Shown here piece after piece: positions 1 to 7,005 of a stretch of 9,431 bases of DNA. Numbering within the stretch: position 1 is the stretch's first letter; each line of letters begins with the position of its first letter. Position numbers and translations under genes: made by a program. The stretch comes from an uncultured archaeon. GTDB taxonomy: Archaea; Iainarchaeota; Iainarchaeia; Iainarchaeales; CSSED10-239. The stretch lies in NCBI GenBank assembly GCA_964463155.1, contig CAYXAY010000029.1, forward strand, positions 1 to 9,431, given 5' to 3'. Below the pieces are notes generated by a model. It was not told the origin of the DNA. It did no database searches and saw nothing but the letters and a program-made list of their open reading frames with translations.

Positions 1-215
1 ATAACAATTTCAAAATAAATTCGGATTTAATTGTATAATTAAATAATTATTTATATTTGTTTTTATTATTAATAGTTTTAATAATTAATAGTATACATAA
101 TACCAAGCTTTTAATTTATTAATTTAATACAAGAATTCAAGGGTTATATAACATAATCTAATAGAAAGAACATTAATAAACAATAAAAAATAGAATAAAA
201 AGATAAATAATTAAT

Positions 216-596
216 TTATCTTCTTCCAGCTGTTGAGTATTTACTCTTATAGCCAATATACTTCTTTCTGATCTTTGAGTCATAATCATTCTCTGGCTCT
301 TCAGATACATGAGTTCTTGGCATTTCTCTTTCAGCTACTGGAACATTACCTGAATTAATAAGAATAATATCATCTACTGATATAACCTTCTTATAAGGTA
401 TACTATGTTCTGTCATTATTTTCTTAGCTTCTTTCTTTGAGCTAACCTTTAATGGCTGAGTAGTAATTGTTTCAATTATACCTGATTCTAAGTTTACAAC
501 TAAATCATAAACCTTTCCTCTATATGTAGCATTTGTCTCATATAGGTCCATACCAAATAGCTTTGAAATTCTCATTGTCATGTTTTCTTCCTCCAA
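216..596 (-). CDS. Small PRC-barrel-like domain protein (126 aa as given; the true start may be internal)
   Basis: The intact ORF has an N-terminal segment, LFGMDLYETNATYRGKVYDLVVNLESGIIETI, that fits the PRC-barrel pattern (G..V.d..G..lG.V.D.v.d...g.i). The C-terminal tail is basic. A GGAGG at 590-594 (minus strand) lies 8 nt upstream of the in-frame ATG at 581-579, so translation may start at Met6 (581) or Met8 (575) rather than 596. Confidence 0.55.
   Translation of the reverse strand: MEEENMTMRISKLFGMDLYETNATYRGKVYDLVVNLESGIIETITTQPLKVSSKKEAKKIMTEHSIPYKKVISVDDIILINSGNVPVAEREMPRTHVSEEPENDYDSKIRKKYIGYKSKYSTAGRR
590..594 (-). promoter_or_regulatory. Shine-Dalgarno-like GGAGG serving the internal ATG at 581
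   Basis: The minus strand reads ATGGAGGAAGAAAACATGACAATGAGA. The GGAGG is 8 nt from the second ATG. Confidence 0.35.
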
Positions 597-736
597 AAAT
601 TAAACATATATTTTATTAGTATACTAAAAGGTTATACGAAGGGTTTATATATATTACTATTTTAAAAAACAAAAAAATAATAATTGATATTTTGCTTTTC
701 AAATTCTAATACAGGAAGTATAGGGGTAAAAATAAA

Positions 737-1585
737 CTATTTTATATTATCTAATGGATTTTCTATTTCTTTTAGCTTATTTGTATTAACCTTTGTATAA
801 ATTTGAGTAGTATTAAGATTAGCATGCCCTAAAAGCTGTTGAATATATCTAATATTAACATCATTTTCAAGAAGACTTGTTGCAAAAGAATGCCTTAGTT
901 TATGTGGACTAATACTTTTTGTAATTCCTGCCTTTTTTGCAGAAATCTTTAAGAATTTTTGAATGGTATCTACAGAAAGAGGGTTACCTGAATCGGAACA
1001 GAAAAGATATTCTGACTTAACTTTCTTATTTCTTTCTTCAATATATTTTTTATAATCAACAACCCATTTCTTAGAAAGAATAATAACTCTATCTTTATTG
1101 CCCTTACCTCTAATAACATTACCTGTATATTCATCAAAATTAAGATCAGTAACCTTCATATTTACACATTCAGAAACCCTAACACCTGTTGAAAACATAA
1201 ATTCAATAATTAATTTATTACGATAATTACTAGTATTATCAATCAAATCTTTGATTTCTTTATGGGTTAGAACCACCGGTATCTTTTTTGCCTTTTTTGG
1301 TAATTTTATATTTATTAATATATTCTGTTTTAAAAATTCATTATAAAAATGTTTAATAGCAGAAAGAACAAGATTCATTGTAGCTGAACCTGATTTTTTA
1401 TTGGTTTTTAAATGCGATAAAAAATTAACAATATCATCAGAACTAACTTCCTTTAAATCTTTTTTAATATAATCAGCAAACAAATTTAAATATATTAAAT
1501 AAGTTTCAATTGTCTTTTGACTATATCCAATTATATTTAATTCATTCTCAAATTTTTTAAGAATTTCTGAATTTTTTGTATCCAT
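737..1585 (-). CDS. xerA: Tyrosine site-specific recombinase, Xer family (archaeal XerA-like)
   Basis: The 282-aa protein has an N-terminal SAM-like core-binding domain (GYSQKTIETYLIYLNLFADYI). The full catalytic signature is present: TGVRVSE (Arg), RGKGNKDRV (Lys), HKLRHSFAT (His-x-x-Arg), and LGHANLNTTQIYTKV (His plus the nucleophilic Tyr). Confidence 0.88.
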   Translation of the reverse strand: MDTKNSEILKKFENELNIIGYSQKTIETYLIYLNLFADYIKKDLKEVSSDDIVNFLSHLKTNKKSGSATMNLVLSAIKHFYNEFLKQNILINIKLPKKAKKIPVVLTHKEIKDLIDNTSNYRNKLIIEFMFSTGVRVSECVNMKVTDLNFDEYTGNVIRGKGNKDRVIILSKKWVVDYKKYIEERNKKVKSEYLFCSDSGNPLSVDTIQKFLKISAKKAGITKSISPHKLRHSFATSLLENDVNIRYIQQLLGHANLNTTQIYTKVNTNKLKEIENPLDNIK

Positions 1586-1753
1586 ATTTCCCTATAACTA
1601 TTAGAACAGAAATAATTATAAACGGGATTATGCCGAAAATTCATTTCAATAATCAAATTATTTCTTTTTTAAAAGTTTATATATCTAAATCAATAACTAA
1701 CTATTTCCCGTAATCGCTAATAAACACTAATAACAAAAATAAAACCAAAACTC

Positions 1754-1761
1754 TTTATAAA
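1754..1761 (+). promoter_or_regulatory. TATA-box-like element (TTTATAAA) upstream of nrdD
   Basis: This matches the archaeal TATA consensus. It lies only 5 nt before the ATG at 1766 but about 56 nt before the ATG at 1817. If it is used, the transcript would start downstream of 1766. AT-rich DNA has many TATA-like strings (for example 1677-1685), so this is tentative. Confidence 0.3.
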
Positions 1762-1765
1762 CATA

Positions 1766-3847
1766 ATGAGTAACAATATTATACTTTTTTTAAAATTACT
1801 ATCAAACGTGGATTTAATGACCATTAAACAAATTATAAACAGAAAAGAAGAAAAAACTAACTATAATATTTATAAAATCAAATTAGCCTTGCTTAAGGCG
1901 CTTGATGCAATAGATAATCCAGACATAGATCTTGCAGATTATCTAACAAAAAAAATAGATAACACATTGACCACAGAATATTTTGAAAAAAATAAAATTC
2001 CTACAATAGACAACATACAAGACATTATTGAAGATGTTTTAATTAAAGAAGGACTAACCAAATTAGTAAAAGCTTATGTAATTTATAGAAAACAACACGA
2101 CGATATAAGAGAAATATCAAGTTTAATAGATAGTACAAATGCAGTTGAAAGTTACATTAATATTTCTGATTGGCAAGTTAAAGAAAACAGCAACATGGAT
2201 TATTCATTACAAGGTTTAAATAATTATCTTTCAACAAAAATAATCTCTGATTACTGGATAAAAAAGATATATCCTCAAGAAATAAGAGAAGCCCATGAAA
2301 AAAGACAAATACATTTGCACGATCTAAACACTCTTGGTCCATATTGTGTGGGTTGGGATCTCCAATTTGTTTTACAAAACGGTTTTAAGGGGGCCCCCGG
2401 AAAGATAGTAGCATCTCCGCCAAAACACCTTAACGTTGCATTAGGACAGATTGTAAATTTTATTTACACTCTGCAAGGAGAATCGGCAGGAGCGCAAGCA
2501 TTCAGCAATTTTGACACGCTTCTTTCACCATTCATTTATTATGACAAAATAGATTACAAAAGAATAAGAGCTGAATTGGAAACTTTTTTATATAATATGA
2601 ATGTACCTACAAGAACAGGTTATCAAACTCCATTTTCGAATATCACTTTAGATTTGACAATTCCTTTAACCCTAAAGGATCAACCAGTAATAATTGGAGG
2701 AAAACCACAAGACAAAACATATGGTGAATTTCAAAAAGAAATGGGTCTTTTTAACACCGCGTTGCTTGATGTTCTTTTAGAAGGAGACGCTTCAGGAAAT
2801 ATGTTTTCATTTCCAATACCAACAATTAATGTCACAAAAGATTTTGATTGGTCTAGCCCTCTTTCAGATAAATTAATAGAATTAACAATAAAATATGGAA
2901 CACCGTATTTTGCAAATTTTGTTAATTCAGATATGAAACCAGAAGACGCAAGAAGCATGTGCTGTAGATTAAGACTTGACAATAGAGAACTCCAAAAAAG
3001 AGGAGGAGGACTTTTTGGGTCTAACCCTTTAACAGGTTCAATTGGAGTTGTAACAATTAATCTTGCTCAAATAGGTTATTTAGCAAAAACAGAAGAAGAA
3101 TATTTTGAAACATTAGGACATTTAATGGACCTTTCAAGAAAATCATTAGACATAAAAAGAAAAATTGTTGAAAAATACACCGATGATGGACTATACCCTT
3201 ATTCTAAATACAATCTTAAGACTATAAAAGAAAGATTTGGAAATTATTGGAAAAATCATTTTTCAACTATAGGCCTTCTTGGCATGAACGAGTCTTGTCT
3301 TAATTTTTTAGGTGAGCCCATATATACAGAAAAAGGGAGGGCCTTTGCAAACAAAGTAATGGATTTTATGCGAGAAAAAATACAAAAATACCAAGAAGAT
3401 ACTCATACATTATATAATCTGGAAGCAACGCCAGGAGAAGGGACAACTTACAGATTTGCAACACATGACAAAAAGAAATATCCTTCCATACTTGTTGCAA
3501 ACGAAGAAAATTACCGCAATAAAGGGGTCCAACCATATTACACAAACTCTACTCAAATCCCAGTAAACTATACAAATGACGTTTTTGAAATACTTGATTT
3601 ACAAGACGAATTGCAATGCAAATACACTGGAGGCACAGTCATACATTTTTTTATAGGAGAAAAGAAACCATCAAAAGAAGCCATTAAGTCTTTAATAAAA
3701 AAAATCACTTTAAATTACAAATTGCCTTACTTTACATTTACTCCTACATTTTCGGTTTGCCCAAAGCACGGATATTTATTTGGAGAACACGAGTATTGTC
3801 CTAAGTGTGATGATGAAATAGGTTATAAAGGTGAAAAACATGAGTGA
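1766..3847 (+). CDS. nrdD: Anaerobic (class III) ribonucleoside-triphosphate reductase NrdD, main body without the glycyl-radical C-terminus
   Basis: An N-terminal ATP-cone-like segment starts at Met18 (MTIKQIINRKEEKTNYNIYKIKL...AYVIYRKQ). The active-site motif is SMCCRLRLD (Cys codons 2960-2965), followed by GGGLFGSNPLTGSIGVVTINL and YYTNSTQIP. The C-terminal Zn-ribbon is CPKH...CPKC. The ORF stops 12 residues after CPKC and never reaches the RVxGY glycyl-radical motif. The likely true start is the ATG at 1817. Confidence 0.9.
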   Translation: MSNNIILFLKLLSNVDLMTIKQIINRKEEKTNYNIYKIKLALLKALDAIDNPDIDLADYLTKKIDNTLTTEYFEKNKIPTIDNIQDIIEDVLIKEGLTKLVKAYVIYRKQHDDIREISSLIDSTNAVESYINISDWQVKENSNMDYSLQGLNNYLSTKIISDYWIKKIYPQEIREAHEKRQIHLHDLNTLGPYCVGWDLQFVLQNGFKGAPGKIVASPPKHLNVALGQIVNFIYTLQGESAGAQAFSNFDTLLSPFIYYDKIDYKRIRAELETFLYNMNVPTRTGYQTPFSNITLDLTIPLTLKDQPVIIGGKPQDKTYGEFQKEMGLFNTALLDVLLEGDASGNMFSFPIPTINVTKDFDWSSPLSDKLIELTIKYGTPYFANFVNSDMKPEDARSMCCRLRLDNRELQKRGGGLFGSNPLTGSIGVVTINLAQIGYLAKTEEEYFETLGHLMDLSRKSLDIKRKIVEKYTDDGLYPYSKYNLKTIKERFGNYWKNHFSTIGLLGMNESCLNFLGEPIYTEKGRAFANKVMDFMREKIQKYQEDTHTLYNLEATPGEGTTYRFATHDKKKYPSILVANEENYRNKGVQPYYTNSTQIPVNYTNDVFEILDLQDELQCKYTGGTVIHFFIGEKKPSKEAIKSLIKKITLNYKLPYFTFTPTFSVCPKHGYLFGEHEYCPKCDDEIGYKGEKHE

Positions 3848-3983
3848 AAATACAAACGAAAAAAGAACCAAATGTGAAGTATATTCTAGAGTTGTTGGCT
3901 ATGTAAGAAGGGTCGATGCATGGAATTATGGAAAGCAAGCAGAGTTTAAAGATAGAAGGTTATTTTCCGTTCCTGAAAAATAA
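3840..3983 (+). CDS. nrdD: NrdD glycyl-radical domain encoded as a separate 47-aa ORF in the +1 frame (absent from the supplied ORF track)
   Basis: My translation is MSENTNEKRTKCEVYSRVVGYVRRVDAWNYGKQAEFKDRRLFSVPEK. It matches the conserved NrdD C-terminus (E. coli ...RRVCGYLG...NAGKQEE..R). The radical Gly codon is GGC at 3897-3899. The ATG at 3840 overlaps the upstream TGA (3845-3847) as ATGAGTGA. This frame opens after a TAG at 3819-3821, and there is an alternative GTG at 3831. Confidence 0.7.
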   Translation: MSENTNEKRTKCEVYSRVVGYVRRVDAWNYGKQAEFKDRRLFSVPEK

Positions 3984-3994
3984 AATGATAAAAT

Positions 3995-4660
3995 ATGACG
4001 TTAAAGATAGGCGCATTTGAGAAATTAAGTACAATAGATTATCCAGATAAAGTTGCTTGTGTTATATTTTTCAAAGGCTGTAATTTTGCATGTGGATTTT
4101 GTTACAATAAACAACTAGTTGTCCCAGAGTATTTTAATGAAACAAAAGAGCATCTAGAAAACGAAATACATTATTTCTTGGACAAACGAAAAGGACTTAT
4201 CGACGCAGTTGTTTTAACAGGCGGAGAACCCACAATTTTCGGGGAGAGCCTTATTAAATTCATAAAAGAAATAAAATCAAAGAATTATTTAGTAAAACTA
4301 GACACTAACGGTTCTAATCCTTACATTCTAGAGAAAATTATCTCGCAAAAATTAGTTGACTACATAGCCATGGACATAAAAGACGAGTTTGATTATTATT
4401 ACAAATACACAAACGTACCAATAGAAAACATTAAAAAATCAATTGACATTTTAAAGTCAACAAAAATTCCCCACGAATTTAGAATAACAACACACCCTGA
4501 GCTTACAATTAAATCTTTTTATAATATATTAGATCTAGTCAATGGAGAAAAAACAGTTGTCCAAGATTTCGTAAATAAAAACACAATTAATGAATATAAA
4601 AAACCGCACACAATATACTCTAAATTATCCAAGACAGACAAGCGATATATTTTGAGATAA
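3995..4660 (+). CDS. nrdG: Anaerobic RNR activating enzyme NrdG (radical SAM)
   Basis: The CxxxCxxC cluster motif is CNFACGFC (4079-4102), preceded by STIDYPDKVACVIFFKG. The SAM-binding motif is VVLTGGEPT. At 221 aa, the size and position right after nrdD are typical. Confidence 0.9.
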   Translation: MTLKIGAFEKLSTIDYPDKVACVIFFKGCNFACGFCYNKQLVVPEYFNETKEHLENEIHYFLDKRKGLIDAVVLTGGEPTIFGESLIKFIKEIKSKNYLVKLDTNGSNPYILEKIISQKLVDYIAMDIKDEFDYYYKYTNVPIENIKKSIDILKSTKIPHEFRITTHPELTIKSFYNILDLVNGEKTVVQDFVNKNTINEYKKPHTIYSKLSKTDKRYILR

Positions 4661-4671
4661 AGGCGATTAAT

Positions 4672-6720
4672 ATGCCATTTGTTAACACAATAACTCACAA
4701 ATCAGGAGAAACCGAAGAATTCTCAAAGGAAAAAACCGCAATTGCTTTATTTGAAATAATGTGCAACATTGGAGAACCTAATCTGAATCTTGCTGAAAAA
4801 CTTGCCTTTCTAATATACGACAAAGTAAATGCAAAGTTTTCAAAAGAGATTTCCAAAGAAAAACTAGAAGAATTAATAAAAGAAACACTTCTAAAAGAAA
4901 ATCAAACTGAATTATTGCAAGCATATATCTTAAAAAGAAATAAACTAGAAACACCAACAAACGATTCTGAAATCAAAAAGCACATTTTAAAAGAAATACT
5001 GAATTTATCTGATTCAGATAATGTTTCAGCAACATTAATTTCAATAAATGCACTAATAAACAAACTTCAAAATAATCAATATGAAAAATTAAACAAAAAA
5101 ATATTTGATTATATAAGAGAAGGGGCATTTTATCCAAGTTTCACAACATTAAGAGAAATTGGACACAACAACCAAATAACCTCCGGTTATTCATTTAAAA
5201 TTAAGGACAACCTAGAAAGCATTTTTAATATTCTAGCAATATCAAGTAAAGCCCAAAAATTTGGAGCTACAGTATCAATAGACCTTTCAGAAGTAAGGTC
5301 TGAAAAAGACAAGGTAAAATCCATAAATAGAGATGCGTGCGGCCCAGTAAAAATCATTGATTTATTTGTGTCTGCTAAATCACTTATCGGTTACAATACA
5401 AATGCCTCCAACAATCTATTTTACATATCTATTGAACACCCTGATATCATACAAGTTATGAATTATTTTTCAATAAATAAAACAGATAATTTCGCAATCA
5501 TAGTTCCTGACAGATTTATGCAAGCATTACTAACCAATCAAGAATACACAATAGAAAACAATACAATAGAAAGAAGAATACAACCATCAACTTTATTTGA
5601 TTTTATTTCTTCCAAGATAACAACCGGAGAAAAAATAAATTTGATTTTTAAAGACACCATAGACAAGAAAAACCCGTTTATTAACAACTACAAAAACTAT
5701 GCTATATCTCCAATAGGTTTGCAACCTTGTTTTGAAAATAACACGTTTATTACTGGAACAATAGACATATCAATACTGATTAATACCATCGGCAAAACAA
5801 AAATATTTGACTGGGCAAAATTAAAAACCATAATCTGGGATTCTTTGGAGTTTTTGGACAATATGATAGATTTATCTGAACAAGTAGATGAAGAACACTC
5901 AAAAAACCTTAAAGAAACAAGACAAACATATCTTACAATTACTGGTTTTGCAACTGCATTATCCAAACTAAACATAGCTTATGATAGCGATGACGCAATT
6001 TATTTTGCAGATTCTTTATCAGATTACATTTCATTTTACACAAAACTTCGTTCAACAGAACTTGCTAAAAACAAAGGCCCATTCTTGAAATTTATTAAAA
6101 GCAAATACGAGCGATCTAATTTTTCTTTTGAAAAAACCACTATTCAAAGAACTTTATTTTCAACAGACCTTTCTGTCTCAAAAAAACTAAACAAAAACAT
6201 GCCAAATATAGATTGGATAGAACTTAAAAACAACATAAAAAAATACGGCTTAAGAAATGCCACCACTTTTTCAATAATATTTTCTGATTTTTACTCTATA
6301 GCAAACGAGACAAGCAATGCTATAGAACCAATCTGTTCTTACAAACCAATCTATTGGATAAACGGCTACAAATCAGAAAAGATTAACAAAGAGATATCTC
6401 TTCAGGTTCCTTACTTAAATAATAACTGGTCAGAAGAGGCGCTAGAATCAGCAATCCCTGATCACCTAAAATACAACATCCCGCTTGCAAAAACAATATC
6501 CTCGCGGTTTTTTATTAGATTACAATCCGTTTTTGAAAAAAACACCGACGGCACAGTAAATCTTAAAACCTATTTTACTGAAAACACCACAATACAAGAG
6601 ATTAAAGATTTAATAATTGAAAGCCACAAGATTGGAAACACTTGCTTTCTACCAGAAAAATTAAATCCCCACATAAAAGACTTTAATACCGAAAACAGAA
6701 AAGGAATGATGAGTCTATAG
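4672..6720 (+). CDS. ATP-cone plus class II (NrdJ-like) RNR-fold protein with substituted catalytic residues; predicted pseudoenzyme or regulatory paralogue
   Basis: The ATP-cone is ITHKSGETEEFSKEKTAIAL...LLQAYILKRNK (residues 1 to about 91). The RNR core motifs appear in the correct order: YPSFTTL...ITSGYSFKIKDNLESIF (versus PNSPTL...LSACFVxPVEDSxEGIF), DACGPVKII, IEHPDIIQVM...DNFAIIVPDRFMQAL, GEKINLIFKDTIDKKNP, ISPIGLQPCFENNTFITGTIDIS (versus [23 protein letters not shown]), and ETSNAIEP (versus sSGIEP). The start is 11 nt after the nrdG stop. Confidence 0.8.
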   Translation: MPFVNTITHKSGETEEFSKEKTAIALFEIMCNIGEPNLNLAEKLAFLIYDKVNAKFSKEISKEKLEELIKETLLKENQTELLQAYILKRNKLETPTNDSEIKKHILKEILNLSDSDNVSATLISINALINKLQNNQYEKLNKKIFDYIREGAFYPSFTTLREIGHNNQITSGYSFKIKDNLESIFNILAISSKAQKFGATVSIDLSEVRSEKDKVKSINRDACGPVKIIDLFVSAKSLIGYNTNASNNLFYISIEHPDIIQVMNYFSINKTDNFAIIVPDRFMQALLTNQEYTIENNTIERRIQPSTLFDFISSKITTGEKINLIFKDTIDKKNPFINNYKNYAISPIGLQPCFENNTFITGTIDISILINTIGKTKIFDWAKLKTIIWDSLEFLDNMIDLSEQVDEEHSKNLKETRQTYLTITGFATALSKLNIAYDSDDAIYFADSLSDYISFYTKLRSTELAKNKGPFLKFIKSKYERSNFSFEKTTIQRTLFSTDLSVSKKLNKNMPNIDWIELKNNIKKYGLRNATTFSIIFSDFYSIANETSNAIEPICSYKPIYWINGYKSEKINKEISLQVPYLNNNWSEEALESAIPDHLKYNIPLAKTISSRFFIRLQSVFEKNTDGTVNLKTYFTENTTIQEIKDLIIESHKIGNTCFLPEKLNPHIKDFNTENRKGMMSL

Positions 6721-6779
6721 AAGAAATGTGTATGAAATCAAAAGAAGATATAGAAAAAAGAATACAAGAAATAAAACCG

Positions 6780-6803
6780 TTTTTTGAGTAATTGACTTTT
6801 TTT
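6780..6803 (+). terminator. Oligo-T tracts (T6 at 6780-6785, T7 at 6797-6803), a likely archaeal-type terminator for the nrd cluster
   Basis: These are the first T-runs of 6 nt or more after the stop at 6720. Further T-runs lie at 6817-6821 and 6837-6843. Confidence 0.4.
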
Positions 6804-6982
6804 CTTGCATTAATTGTTTTTACAGTAATTAATATATTTTTTTAAACACCAAGAAATCTAAAATACACGACGGTGGTTCTTTTCACAGGTTTTGTAATTT
6901 CTTTGATTCTCCAGAAACCTTACCTTTACAAGACATTTAAACCAATACTTCTAAACAACAAAAGATTGGAAGAACTAGCAAG

Positions 6983-6997
6983 AAAAAGCCTAAAAAA
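6983..6997 (-). terminator. Oligo-T tracts (T6 then T5 on the minus strand) just downstream of the cdc48 stop
   Basis: After the TAA, the minus strand reads ATTGTTTC TTTTTT AGGC TTTTT. Confidence 0.4.
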
Positions 6998-7005
6998 GAA
7001 ACAAT

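Noticed and set aside
1-215. An AT-rich non-coding stretch with short direct repeats (ATTAATAGT at 68-76 and 84-92; TAATTTA at 112-118 and 120-126). I considered a replication origin, a CRISPR leader or a repeat array.
   Set aside because: The repeats are short, low-complexity and expected by chance at this base composition. There is no regular spacing, no ORB-like longer element, and no adjacent cdc6/orc or cas gene.
1630-1637. The 8-mer ATGCCGAA recurs in two intergenic regions (1630-1637 and 9353-9360).
   Set aside because: There are only two copies, in different orientations relative to the flanking genes, with poor flanking similarity. That is not enough to call a shared regulatory motif.
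1622-1711. Possible dif or operator elements in the xerA-nrdD spacer. ACGGGA (1622-1627) and TCCCGT (1706-1711) form an inverted pair. I vaguely recalled the TATATCTAAA string (1680-1689) as resembling an archaeal dif arm.
   Set aside because: The arms are only 6 bp and about 80 nt apart. No matching second dif arm exists at a 6-nt spacing, and I cannot verify the dif consensus from memory.
2731-2982. An 83-aa minus-strand ORF, along with the similar antisense ORFs at 4778-4960, 5697-5975, 7463-7846, 7961-8278 and 8917-9108.
   Set aside because: Each lies entirely inside a strongly supported CDS on the opposite strand. They have low-complexity, Ser/Leu/Phe/Ile-rich composition and no recognisable motifs. 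They look like typical shadow ORFs.
5722-5736. QPCFE (residues 351-355 of the pseudo-NrdJ) as a surviving NPCGE active-site motif.
   Set aside because: Using it requires a 5-residue deletion before the [8 protein letters not shown]-equivalent (FITGTIDI). The gapless alignment instead matches P, G, Q, P, G and I and the exact 11-residue spacing. I keep it as a caveat in the main finding rather than as the preferred alignment.
6726-6791. A 21-codon ORF (MCMKSKEDIEKRIQEIKPFFE) just after the pseudo-NrdJ stop.
   Set aside because: It is too short and has no motif. It runs into the oligo-T terminator region, and there is no way to support it from sequence alone.
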